Source: Longimicrobiales bacterium (GTDB lineage Bacteria; Gemmatimonadota; Gemmatimonadetes; Longimicrobiales; Gaopeijiaceae). Taken from it: DNA of 64,000 nt. A program made the translations under genes and the position numbers. Shown here in pieces: positions 53,836 through 63,148 of this stretch. Each line of letters opens with the position of its first letter. Within the stretch, counting starts at the first letter, position 1. A model generated the notes under the pieces. That model worked only from the letters and a program-made list of their open reading frames with translations, did not search any database and was not told the origin of the DNA. The DNA lies in assembly GCA_965202805.1 (NCBI GenBank), contig OZ241869.1, positions 1,536,001 to 1,600,000 on the forward strand, given 5' to 3'.

Positions 53836-55701
53836 TCAGCCCGGGTCGACGGCGTCATACACCGCCTGACGACGAAGACGGTTCTGCTCCCGGTCCGTGA
53901 CGACCTCGACAATCCCGCTCCCGCCCCGGGCGATCGCCCGCTCCAGCGACGACGCCAGTCGCGCCCGCGTCCGGACGCGCTCGTGCGGCAGCCCGTAGAG
54001 GGCGGCCGCGTGGGCGAAGTCCAGCCCGTGCGGCGTCGCGAAGTGTCGGGTGAACGCCGGTTCGAAGTCCCGGATGGGGAGGAAATGGAAGATACCGCCC
54101 CCGTCGTTGTTGACCAGAACGAAGATCACCTCGGCGTGGTCGCGGGCGCTCAGGAGCCCGTTCATGTCGTGGATGAACGCCACGTCGCCGACGATGGCCA
54201 GCACCGGGCCCTCTCCCCCGGCGGCGACGCCTGCGGCCGACGACAGGATGCCGTCGATGCCGCTGGCCCCGCGGTTGCCGTGAACCAGAAGCGGCTTCCG
54301 GCTGGGGAAGGCGAAGGCGTCCAGGTCGCGCACCGGCATGCTCGACGACACGAAGATGGTGCTCCCGGGAGGTGCGGCGCGCACGACTTCCGCGCACACG
54401 GCGCCCTCGAAGAGACCGCCCCGCGCGCTCTCGGCGACCGCACGGGCGGCCGCCTGCCCTGCCCGGCGCCAGAGGCCGGACCAGGCATCCTCCGAGTCGC
54501 GCCCCTTGCCGCCCTGCTCGACTTCAGCGGCCCTGGACGCGTTCCCCGCACCCGCCCTGCCGGGCCCAGCTCCTGCGGCGGCGGTGCTCCGGCCGGCCCT
54601 GAAGGACCCCGTCCCCAACTCGGCGCACACGGCTTCGGCGCAGGTCGCTACATCGGCGCGCAGGTAGTCGGTGGCGACGTTGAGGTGATCCTTCCAGCGA
54701 TCTCCGCCGTCGATCACCCACTGCTCGCCTCGCGCTTCCCCGAGCAACGCCAGCAGACGCGCCGAGGTGGGGCTCGCGCCCAGACGCACGATGAGTTCGG
54801 GGCGCAGTGCGTCACGCACGGGTGGGTGTTCCAGGAAGAGGTCGTACCCGCCGATGCGCAGCGCCCCCTCCGCGTCGCCGAAGCGGGCGCCGGAGAGGGC
54901 ATCGGGAAGGAGCGGATATCCGGTGGCGGCGGCAAGGGCCTTCGCGGCGGGCCCGTCGCGCTCCGGCTCGGGCGAGGGGCCGGCTACGATCAGGCCGCGC
55001 TCCACCTCCCTCAGCCGCGCCGCCAGCTCGGCCACACGAGCCGCAGGGGGCGCCGAGCGGCGTACGGCGATGCGCGCGAGCGGCGCCGCGTCCGAACGGC
55101 CTCGCGCCGCCAGCGGACGCGCGGAGGCAAACCCCTCCGGCACCTCACCCGGGACGCGCGTCGGCGCGAGCGGCTTCGCGAAGGGCAGGTTCACGTGCAC
55201 CGGGCCGGCCGGGCGACCCCCGGCGGACGCCACCGCGCGCGCCGCCAGCGCCCGCAGATGCACGAGCGCCCCCTCCGCCGCCTCGGGAGGCGCGGCCTCC
55301 ACGAAGTCGCGTACGTAGCCGCCGAACATCCGCGTCTGGTCGATCGCCTGGTTCGCGTCTGCGCCCCGCAGCCGGTGGGGGCGGTCGGCGGTCAGCAGGA
55401 GGAGGGGGGCCTCGCTGTGCGATGCTTCGACGACGGCCGGAAAGAGGTTGGCGACCGCGGTCCCCGAGGTGGTGATCACCGCTGCAGGCCGCCCCGTCCG
55501 CTTGCCCAGCCCGAGCGCGAAGAACGCCGCCGACCGCTCGTCCAGGAGGGTGAAGATCCGCAGCCGCGAGTCTGCCGCGGCGGCCATGACCAGCGGGGCG
55601 GAACGGTAGCCGGGCGCCAGCACGACCTCGCGCACTCCGGCGCGCGCCAGTTCGTCCAGCAGGACGCCGGCCCACAGCAGGTTCCGGTTCGGACCGGTCA
55701 C
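53836..55701 (-). CDS. menD: SEPHCHC synthase (ThDP-dependent)
   Basis: PGYRSAPL, DERSAAFFALG, TSGTA, TADRP, NRGASGIDG, GDVAFIHDMNG, NNDGGGIF. Confidence 0.93.
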   Translation of the reverse strand: MTGPNRNLLWAGVLLDELARAGVREVVLAPGYRSAPLVMAAAADSRLRIFTLLDERSAAFFALGLGKRTGRPAAVITTSGTAVANLFPAVVEASHSEAPLLLLTADRPHRLRGADANQAIDQTRMFGGYVRDFVEAAPPEAAEGALVHLRALAARAVASAGGRPAGPVHVNLPFAKPLAPTRVPGEVPEGFASARPLAARGRSDAAPLARIAVRRSAPPAARVAELAARLREVERGLIVAGPSPEPERDGPAAKALAAATGYPLLPDALSGARFGDAEGALRIGGYDLFLEHPPVRDALRPELIVRLGASPTSARLLALLGEARGEQWVIDGGDRWKDHLNVATDYLRADVATCAEAVCAELGTGSFRAGRSTAAAGAGPGRAGAGNASRAAEVEQGGKGRDSEDAWSGLWRRAGQAAARAVAESARGGLFEGAVCAEVVRAAPPGSTIFVSSSMPVRDLDAFAFPSRKPLLVHGNRGASGIDGILSSAAGVAAGGEGPVLAIVGDVAFIHDMNGLLSARDHAEVIFVLVNNDGGGIFHFLPIRDFEPAFTRHFATPHGLDFAHAAALYGLPHERVRTRARLASSLERAIARGGSGIVEVVTDREQNRLRRQAVYDAVDPG

Positions 55702-55714
55702 CTTCCGTCGACGC

Positions 55715-57094
55715 TCAGCGAATGCCGCGGGCCCCGGCCGCGTCCAGCGCGCGCAGCACCGGCTCGAACTTGATCCCGGTCTCGTCCCACTCCGCCTCGG
55801 GGTCCGAACCGGGCACGATCCCCGCGCCGGCGAAGAGCCGCCAGGTGGTGGAGCGCGCCACCGCGGTACGCAGCGCCGGCACGAAGACCCCGTCGCCTCG
55901 GGTGTCGAACCACCCCACCGGGCCCGCGTACCATCCGCGCTCGAAGGGCTCGTTTCTGGAGAGCAGGTCGAGGGCGGCGTCGCGGGCCAGGCCGCAGACC
56001 GCGGGCGTCGGGTGGAGCGCCGCCACCAGTTCCAGCACCGATGTCCCGGGCCGCAGAATCGCCCTGATGCGCGTCTCCAGATGCTGGATGCGGGCCAGAG
56101 TGAGAACGTGCGGTTCGGCCTGGGCCTCGACCGTGCGGGACAGCGGCTCCAGGCGCGCGACCATGTCCTCTACGGTGAAAGCGTGTTCGACCCGATCCTT
56201 GGCGCTCTCGAGGAGCTGACGGGCGAGGGCCCGCTGCTCCTCGTCGGTCCTGCCGCGGGACACCGAGCCGGCGACGGCGGTCGCGCTGAACCGGTCGCCC
56301 CGCACGGTGGCGAGCGCCTCCGGGGTGGCGCCGACGATCGGCGACCCGGCCTCGGGCTCGAAGAGGAACACATGGGCGTCCGCATTCTCGCGCCGCAGGT
56401 GTTCGAGCACCTCCACCGGATCGATGGTGCCCGTCGTGGACACGTCGAGGATGCGCGCGAGCACCGCCTTCTCCAGCCGTCCGTCCTGGATCGCCGACAG
56501 GATCTCCTCGACCGCCCGCTGCCAGCTCTGGCGCCCCGACCGGAGGCGGGCGGCGGGATGCAGCGCCCGATGACCCCCCTTTCGAGCAGCCCGGGCCACC
56601 CCCTTCAGCGTGTAGACGAGCCGCGCCCGCAGTTGGCCGCGCACCGTCGCCACGTCTTCCCCGGGGCCGGCCAGCGTCTGGGTGGTGAGGCGTACGGTCT
56701 CCCCGTCGTGCTCCAGCTCCAGGTGCGGCACAACGAAACGCGCGCTCGGGAACGCGGCCCAGAAATCCCGCGGCACGTGATCGTCCCGGAATGAGAAGCC
56801 CCCGTAGAAGCGCAGCGCGGGCTCCCGCCCCCGCCTTCGCCATCCGTTCCCATGCTCGGGGCGCGCGAACCACCGAGCCCGGTCCTGGATCTCGAGGAAG
56901 CGATCCCGCGACCCGAGGCCGGACTGAACCTCCAGCGAATCGAGCTCCCCGACATGGGCCAGCCACCCGCGGCGTCGCGCCCAGAATCCCCGGGAGCGGC
57001 CCTTCCCCCATCTCAGGAAAGCACCGGGCTCCATATTGACGTGCTCGACGGTTTCGCGAACCAGCACGAAGCGCGGGGGTGCCTGTAGTCTCAT
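55715..57094 (-). CDS. menF: Isochorismate synthase
   Basis: KAVLAR, GATPE, KDRVEH, IQHL.T, LHPTPAVCG, ERGWYAGPVGW, FAGAGIV.GS; GGAG RBS. Confidence 0.9.
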   Translation of the reverse strand: MRLQAPPRFVLVRETVEHVNMEPGAFLRWGKGRSRGFWARRRGWLAHVGELDSLEVQSGLGSRDRFLEIQDRARWFARPEHGNGWRRRGREPALRFYGGFSFRDDHVPRDFWAAFPSARFVVPHLELEHDGETVRLTTQTLAGPGEDVATVRGQLRARLVYTLKGVARAARKGGHRALHPAARLRSGRQSWQRAVEEILSAIQDGRLEKAVLARILDVSTTGTIDPVEVLEHLRRENADAHVFLFEPEAGSPIVGATPEALATVRGDRFSATAVAGSVSRGRTDEEQRALARQLLESAKDRVEHAFTVEDMVARLEPLSRTVEAQAEPHVLTLARIQHLETRIRAILRPGTSVLELVAALHPTPAVCGLARDAALDLLSRNEPFERGWYAGPVGWFDTRGDGVFVPALRTAVARSTTWRLFAGAGIVPGSDPEAEWDETGIKFEPVLRALDAAGARGIR

Positions 57095-57314
57095 GTCTCC
57101 GATATGTGGCGTCCGCGGCCCCGGCGGAGGTGCTCCCGCGAAGGGCCTGTGGTCGATTCTGCGGCGACGGCGGCCAGCCTGGCGCCACAGCGCCGGAAAA
57201 CGTTCACCATGCCCGCGATGACGTGCAAGGGGCGCGTTGCCCCGCCTCCGGCGCGCGCCTATCATGAGCGGGGTTTTCTCACCCTTTTCCACCTCTTCCG
57301 CCACGAGGAAACCG

Positions 57315-58442
57315 ATGGACCGCAGACACTTCGTTCGTTCCGGCGCGACCCTGAGCGCCCTCGGCATCGGAGGCCTCGGCTTCCCCCGATTCGCCAACGC
57401 CACCTGGTCTCCCCGGCTGCAGGCCGACGGCGCCATCCGCATGAACTCCAACGAGAACCCGCTCGGGCTCTCGACCGCGGCGCGCCAGGCGGTCATCGAC
57501 AACCTCGACCTCGCGAACCGCTATCCGGGCGATCTGATCGGGCAGCTGAGCGACAGGATGTGCGCGTACTACGGCATCAATCCCGACCAGCTCGTGCTCG
57601 GGGCGGGCTCGACCGAAATCCTGCAGATGATCGTGCAGGCCTATGCGTCGCCGCTTCGCAAGCTGGTGCTCGCCGAGCCCACCTTCGAGGACGTGAACGA
57701 CTATCGCGACACCTATCCGTACGACGTGGTGACCGTCCCGCTCACCTCGAAGTACGAGCACGACCTGAACCGCATGCGCGAGGAGTCCGAGAAGGACAGC
57801 CGCCCGGCCATGGTCTACATCTGCAACCCCAACAACCCGACGGGCACCATCACCCCCAGCGCCGAACTCGACAACTGGATCGCGGACGCGCCGGAGCACG
57901 TGCTCTTCCTCATGGACGAAGCGTACTACGAGTTCGTCGAGGACCCCGCGTACTGGACGGCACTCAAGTGGGTGCACGACCGGCCCAACGTGATCGTCGC
58001 GCGCACCTTCTCGAAGATCTACGGGATGGCGGGGCTGCGCCTGGGCTTCGGCATCGCGCACCCGCACGCGGTCCGGCGCATGCAGGACTTCGCCATACAC
58101 AGCAGCGCCAACCAGCTGGCGCTGGCGGCCGGCATCGCCTGCTTCGGCGACGAGGAGCTGATGGCGAGGAGCCGCGAGGTGAACCGCGAGGCCCGCGAGG
58201 TCACCGAGGCCTGCCTGGACGAACTCGGCCTCGAGTACCTGCCCACCCAAGCCAATTTCCTGATGCACCGCATCAGCGGCGACCTGGACACCTACATCAG
58301 CCGCATGAGCGAGGCGGGCCTCCTGGTCGGCCGCAGGTTCCCGCCCATGCTCGACTACAACCGTCTCTCCTTCTCCCTCCCGGAACACATGGAGCAGTGG
58401 GCCGAGACGCTGCGCGACTTCCGCGGCAAGGGCTGGGTGTAG
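57315..58442 (+). CDS. HisC-like class I/II PLP aminotransferase with twin-arginine signal peptide
   Basis: MDRRHFVRSG Tat motif; NSNENP, NRYP, CNPNNPTG, DEAY, RTFSKIYGMAGLRLG. Confidence 0.85.
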   Translation: MDRRHFVRSGATLSALGIGGLGFPRFANATWSPRLQADGAIRMNSNENPLGLSTAARQAVIDNLDLANRYPGDLIGQLSDRMCAYYGINPDQLVLGAGSTEILQMIVQAYASPLRKLVLAEPTFEDVNDYRDTYPYDVVTVPLTSKYEHDLNRMREESEKDSRPAMVYICNPNNPTGTITPSAELDNWIADAPEHVLFLMDEAYYEFVEDPAYWTALKWVHDRPNVIVARTFSKIYGMAGLRLGFGIAHPHAVRRMQDFAIHSSANQLALAAGIACFGDEELMARSREVNREAREVTEACLDELGLEYLPTQANFLMHRISGDLDTYISRMSEAGLLVGRRFPPMLDYNRLSFSLPEHMEQWAETLRDFRGKGWV

Positions 58443-58448
58443 CCGGCC

Positions 58449-59279
58449 GTGACCTTCGGGAAGGCGCTCGGGCTGGTGGTGCTGGTCCTGGTGCTGCAAA
58501 CGGCGATCGCCCTCACGGCCTTCCTGCTCGATCCGACCTCCGGCACCTACAGCCAGCACCCGCTCACGCTCGGCGTCGCCAACCTCCTCGCCTTCGGCAT
58601 CGTGATCGTGGTGGCCACACGGCGCAGCGGCGTCGGCTTCCGCGAACCCTACCCGTTCCTGGCCGTCTCCATCCGGGTGCTCGCGCTCACCGCCGTTCTC
58701 ATCCTGGGCACCGTCATCCTGCTCTCCGACATCGACAATCTCACGCGCTCGGTCTTCCCGCCTCCGCAGACGCTGATCGAGGCGTTCGAGAGCATCATGA
58801 ACGCGGCGGACTATCCCTTCAGCAGCTTCTTCCTGCTCGTGGTCGTGGCGCCGGTGACCGAGGAGGTACTGTTCCGGGGCCTCATCCTGAGGGGATTCCT
58901 GGCCAACTACTCGAAGAGGAGGGCCATCCTGCTCTCCGCGCTGCTCTTCGCCGTAATGCACACCAACCCGTGGCAGTTCATCTCCACCTTCGTCGCCGGC
59001 GTGGTGCTCGCCTGGCTGCTGATCGAGACCGGATCGCTGCTGCCGTGCCTGTTCGCGCACGCAGTGGCCAACGGCACGGCGTATCTCGCGGGACTGAGCC
59101 AGGTGGAGGTCCCCGGCTTCACCGGCGGAATGGGAGACGCCGTGCAGTTCCAGCCCTTCTGGCTCAACGCACTGGGCGTGGCCTTCGCCGTGGGAGGCTA
59201 TCTCCTGCTCCGGCGAACCTTCCGGGAGCAGGCAGGCCCGCCCGACGACCTCTACCGCCGCCCAGGGGCGACTCCCTGA
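58449..59279 (+). CDS. CPBP (CAAX/Abi) intramembrane metalloprotease
   Basis: APVTEEVLFRG, FAVMH, HAVAN. Confidence 0.88.
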   Translation: MTFGKALGLVVLVLVLQTAIALTAFLLDPTSGTYSQHPLTLGVANLLAFGIVIVVATRRSGVGFREPYPFLAVSIRVLALTAVLILGTVILLSDIDNLTRSVFPPPQTLIEAFESIMNAADYPFSSFFLLVVVAPVTEEVLFRGLILRGFLANYSKRRAILLSALLFAVMHTNPWQFISTFVAGVVLAWLLIETGSLLPCLFAHAVANGTAYLAGLSQVEVPGFTGGMGDAVQFQPFWLNALGVAFAVGGYLLLRRTFREQAGPPDDLYRRPGATP

Positions 59280-59308
59280 GCTTCGACGCCGCGCGCGAGG
59301 AGCCGCTC

Positions 59309-59578
59309 ATGCCATCTCCCTCATCCGTCCGACCGGGATACTGGACCGCCAACCTGCGCTACCTGGCGATCCTGCTCTCGATCTGGTTCCTGGTGTCGTT
59401 CGGCTGCGGCATCCTGTTCGCGGACGCGCTCAACGGCTTCCGGCTCCCCGGCACGGGCTTCAAGGTCGGGTTCTGGTTCGCGCAGCAGGGATCCATCTAC
59501 GCGTTTCTGGTGCTCATCTTCGTCTACGTCCGGCTGATGAACCGCCTCGACCGGGAGTACGGAGTGGAAGAGGAATGA
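59309..59578 (+). CDS. DUF4212/DUF485-type small membrane partner of the sodium:solute symporter
   Basis: YWTANLR...GFWFAQQGSIY..F...MNRLDREYGV; GAGGAG RBS; immediately upstream of the SSS gene. Confidence 0.85.
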   Translation: MPSPSSVRPGYWTANLRYLAILLSIWFLVSFGCGILFADALNGFRLPGTGFKVGFWFAQQGSIYAFLVLIFVYVRLMNRLDREYGVEEE

Positions 59579-59591
59579 GGGGGGCGGCCCG

Positions 59592-61313
59592 ATGAACGTT
59601 CAGGCCTGGACCTTCACCCTGGTCGCGATTTCGTTCGCCCTCTACATCGGCGTGGCGGTGTGGTCGCGCGCGAACACCACCCGCGACTTCTACGTGGCGG
59701 GCAAGGGCGTGCCCCCGCTGGCCAACGGCATGGCCACCGCCGCCGACTGGATGTCGGCCGCATCGTTCATCTCGATGGCCGGGCTGATCGCGTTCCTGGG
59801 CTACGACGGCTCGGTGTACCTCATGGGCTGGACCGGCGGCTACGTCCTGCTGGCGCTGCTGCTGGCCCCCTACCTGCGCAAGTTCGGGCGCTACACCGTC
59901 CCCGATTTCGTGGGCGACCGCTACTACTCGAAGACGGCGCGGGTGGTGGCGGTGGTGTGCGCCATCTTCATCTCGTTCACCTACGTGGCCGGCCAGATGC
60001 GCGGGGTGGGCATCGTCTTCAGCCGCTTCCTCGAGGTGCCGATCGGTTGGGGCGTGGTGATCGGCATGGCCATCGTCTTCTTCTACGCCGTGCTCGGCGG
60101 CATGAAGGGGATCACCTACACGCAGGTGGCGCAGTATTGCGTGCTCATCTTCGCCTACATGGTGCCCGCGATCTTCCTGTCGATCCTCATCACCGGCAAC
60201 GCCGTCCCCCAGCTCGGCCTGGGCGGCGCCGACCTGGTCAGCGGAGAGTACCTGCTGGACCGGCTCGACGGGCTCCACGAACAGCTGGGCTTCGCCGCCT
60301 ACACGGACGGCTCCAAGTCGACGCTGGACGTCTTCGCGATCACGGCCGCGCTGATGGTGGGTACGGCGGGGCTGCCGCACGTGATCATCCGCTTCTACAC
60401 GGTTCCGCGCGTGCGCGACGCCAGGATTTCGGCGGGATGGGCGCTGCTCTTCATCGCCATTCTGTATACGACGGCACCCGCGGTCGCGGTCTTCGCGCGC
60501 ACCAACCTGATCAACACCGTGTCGGAGCAGCCCTACGAGGCGGTGCCGGAGTGGTTCACCACCTGGGAGAACACCGACCTGATCGCCTACGAGGACCACA
60601 ACGGCGACGGCCTCATCCAGTTCGTCGGCCCGGACGCCGTCGATGGCGCGGGGCAACCCGTGCGGAACGAACTCACCATCGACCGCGACATCATGGTGCT
60701 GGCCAACCCGGAGATCGCGGGGCTGCCGGCCTGGGTGGTCGGGCTGGTGGCGGCGGGCGGGCTTGCGGCGGCGCTCTCCACGGCCGCGGGACTGCTGCTC
60801 GTGGTCTCCTCGGCCATCAGCCACGACCTGCTCAAGGGGGTCTTCCGGCCCGGCATTTCCGAGCGCGGCGAGCTGGTATGGGCTCGCGTCAGCGCGGCCT
60901 TCGCGGTCGTGCTGGCCGGCTACCTGGGGATCAACCCGCCCGGATTCGTCGCCCAGGTGGTGGCGTTCGCCTTCGGGCTGGCTGCGGCCTCGTTCTTCCC
61001 CGCCATCATCCTCGGCATCTTCTCGAGGCGGATGAACCGGGAGGGCGCGATCGCCGGAATGATCTCGGGCATCGCCTTCACGGCCGCCTACATCATCTAC
61101 TTCAACTACGTGAATCCCGGGGCCAACACGCCCGACAACTGGCTCCTGGGGATCTCGCCGGAGGGCATCGGGTTCGTGGGCATGCTGATCAACTTCGCGG
61201 TCTCGGTTACGGTGTCCCGCTTCAATCCTCCACCCCCGGAGGAAGTGGGCCGGCTGGTGGAGAACATCCGGGTGCCGAAGGGCTCGGGACCCGCGCACGA
61301 GGTGTCGGCATGA
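59592..61313 (+). CDS. actP: Sodium:solute symporter, ActP (acetate/monocarboxylate permease)-like
   Basis: NGMATAADWMSAASF, LRKFGRYTVPDF, GGMKGITYTQ, GTAGLPHVIIRFYT, AAALSTAAGLL. Confidence 0.85.
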   Translation: MNVQAWTFTLVAISFALYIGVAVWSRANTTRDFYVAGKGVPPLANGMATAADWMSAASFISMAGLIAFLGYDGSVYLMGWTGGYVLLALLLAPYLRKFGRYTVPDFVGDRYYSKTARVVAVVCAIFISFTYVAGQMRGVGIVFSRFLEVPIGWGVVIGMAIVFFYAVLGGMKGITYTQVAQYCVLIFAYMVPAIFLSILITGNAVPQLGLGGADLVSGEYLLDRLDGLHEQLGFAAYTDGSKSTLDVFAITAALMVGTAGLPHVIIRFYTVPRVRDARISAGWALLFIAILYTTAPAVAVFARTNLINTVSEQPYEAVPEWFTTWENTDLIAYEDHNGDGLIQFVGPDAVDGAGQPVRNELTIDRDIMVLANPEIAGLPAWVVGLVAAGGLAAALSTAAGLLLVVSSAISHDLLKGVFRPGISERGELVWARVSAAFAVVLAGYLGINPPGFVAQVVAFAFGLAAASFFPAIILGIFSRRMNREGAIAGMISGIAFTAAYIIYFNYVNPGANTPDNWLLGISPEGIGFVGMLINFAVSVTVSRFNPPPPEEVGRLVENIRVPKGSGPAHEVSA

Positions 61314-61372
61314 ACGGCGCCAGGCGGGGGCCGTCAGCCCGCGGACGCACTCCTCCCCGCATTCGAGCGGCG

Positions 61373-63106
61373 ATGTATCCGCGCTGGATCGCGGCGCTCT
61401 GCGCGGGCGCGCTATGCCTGACGGGATGCGCCGGTGATGAAAGCGGGTACGATGTGCTCATCCGTGGAGGCACGGTCTACGACGGCTCGGGCTCGCCCCC
61501 GGTGGTGACCGACGTAGGCATCCGCGGAGACCGCATCGCCGCGCTGGGCGACCTTTCCGGCGCCGAGGCCCCGCAGGTGCTCGATGCCTCCGGCATGGCG
61601 GTGTCCCCGGGCTTCATCAACATGCTCAGCTGGGCCAACGAATCGCTCATCGTGGACGGCCGCTCGCTCGGCGACATCCGCCAGGGGGTGACGCTGGAAG
61701 TCCTCGGCGAAGGCACATCGATGGGACCGGCGACCGGCGGCATGAAGGCGGACTTCCTCGGTGACTTCGTGTCCTGGCTGGGCGGGACGGAAGCCGCCGC
61801 GCGCGCCCTGGGCCTGCCGCCGGATGCGCCGCTGGAAGTGCCGTGGACGACGCTCGGCGAATACCTGAGCTTCCTCGAGCGCAAGGGCGTCGCCACCAAC
61901 GTGGCCTCCTTCATCGGCGCCACCACCGTGCGCATCCACGAGATCGGCTACGAGGACCGCCCCCCGACCGCGGACGAGCTGGAGCGCATGCGCGCTCTCG
62001 TGCGCACCGCCATGGAGGAAGGCGCCGTGGGGGTGAGTTCGGCGCTCATCTACACCCCCGGCTTCTTCGCCGACACCGACGAGCTGATCGCGCTCTCCGA
62101 GGTCGCCGCCGAGTACGACGGGATGTACATCTCGCACCTGCGCAGCGAGGGCGCGCGGCTGCTGGAATCGGTCGAGGAGCTCATCACCATCGCGCGCGAG
62201 GCCGGCATCCGCGCCGAGATCTACCATCTGAAGGCGGCCGGGCGCGAGAACTGGCACAAGTTGGAGGACGTGATCGCGCGCGTGGAACAGGTCCGCGCCG
62301 AGGGGCTCGGCATTACCGCCGACATGTACACCTACACCGCCGGCTCCACCGGGCTCGACGCCGCCATGCCGCCCTGGGTGCAGGAGGGCGGCTACGACGC
62401 CTGGGCGGAGCGCATCCGGGATCCGGAGATCCGCGCGCGCGTCGTGGAAGAGATGCGCACACCGACCGACGAGTGGGAGAACCTCCTGCTGGCATCCGGC
62501 CCCGAGGGGGCGCTGCTGGTCGGGTTCCGCAACGAGGAGCTGCGCCGCTACCAGGGCATGACCCTGGCCGAGGTGGCCGAGGAGCGCGGCACGCCGCCCG
62601 AGGAGACCGCCATCGACCTCGTGATCGAGGACGGCACCCGGGTGCAGGTCGTCTACTTCCTCATGTCCGAGGAGAACGTGCGCCGCCAGATCGCGCTGCC
62701 CTGGGTCTCCTTCGACTCCGACGCCGCGTCCATGGCCCCGGAAGGCATCTTCCTGCAGAACAGCACCCATCCGCGCGCGTACGGCAACTTCGCCCGCCTG
62801 CTGGGCAGGTACGTGCGCGAGGAAGGGGTCATCCCGCTGGAAGAGGCGGTGCGCAAGCTGACTTCGCTCCCTGCGGCCAACCTGCGCATCTCCGACCGCG
62901 GGCGGCTCGCGGAAGGCTATTTCGCGGATGTCGTGGTGTTCGATCCGGCCACCATCATCGACCACGCCACCTACCAGGACGCCCACCAGCTCGCCACCGG
63001 GGTGACGCACGTGTTCGTCAACGGCGTGATGGTGCTTGAGGACTCCGAACCCACCGGCGCGATGTCCGGCCGTTTCGTGCGCGGGCCGGGCTGGACCGGC
63101 CGTTAG
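61373..63106 (+). CDS. N-acyl-D-amino-acid deacylase family amidohydrolase, probable lipoprotein
   Basis: Lipobox CLTGC; GGTVYDGSG, SPGFINM, SHLRSE, YHLKA, HPRAYGNF, ADVVVFDP, HVFVNG. Alternative ATG 61310. Confidence 0.85.
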   Translation: MYPRWIAALCAGALCLTGCAGDESGYDVLIRGGTVYDGSGSPPVVTDVGIRGDRIAALGDLSGAEAPQVLDASGMAVSPGFINMLSWANESLIVDGRSLGDIRQGVTLEVLGEGTSMGPATGGMKADFLGDFVSWLGGTEAAARALGLPPDAPLEVPWTTLGEYLSFLERKGVATNVASFIGATTVRIHEIGYEDRPPTADELERMRALVRTAMEEGAVGVSSALIYTPGFFADTDELIALSEVAAEYDGMYISHLRSEGARLLESVEELITIAREAGIRAEIYHLKAAGRENWHKLEDVIARVEQVRAEGLGITADMYTYTAGSTGLDAAMPPWVQEGGYDAWAERIRDPEIRARVVEEMRTPTDEWENLLLASGPEGALLVGFRNEELRRYQGMTLAEVAEERGTPPEETAIDLVIEDGTRVQVVYFLMSEENVRRQIALPWVSFDSDAASMAPEGIFLQNSTHPRAYGNFARLLGRYVREEGVIPLEEAVRKLTSLPAANLRISDRGRLAEGYFADVVVFDPATIIDHATYQDAHQLATGVTHVFVNGVMVLEDSEPTGAMSGRFVRGPGWTGR

Positions 63107-63113
63107 ACAGGGA

Positions 63114-63140
63114 TGGACTAAGTCGGGTGGACTTAGTCTG
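63114..63140. repeat. Tandem 13-bp palindrome TGGACTWAGTCnn (14-bp period), copy 2
   Basis: TGGACTAAGTCGG-G-TGGACTTAGTCTG; matches the copy at 20178-20204. Confidence 0.75.
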
Positions 63141-63148
63141 ACCGCGGG

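Noticed and set aside
57104..63106. Apparent giant ORFs 57104-59578 and 59660-63106 as fusion proteins
   Set aside because: Only their 3' parts (DUF4212 protein, D-aminoacylase) are real; the upstream parts overlap other genes out of frame.
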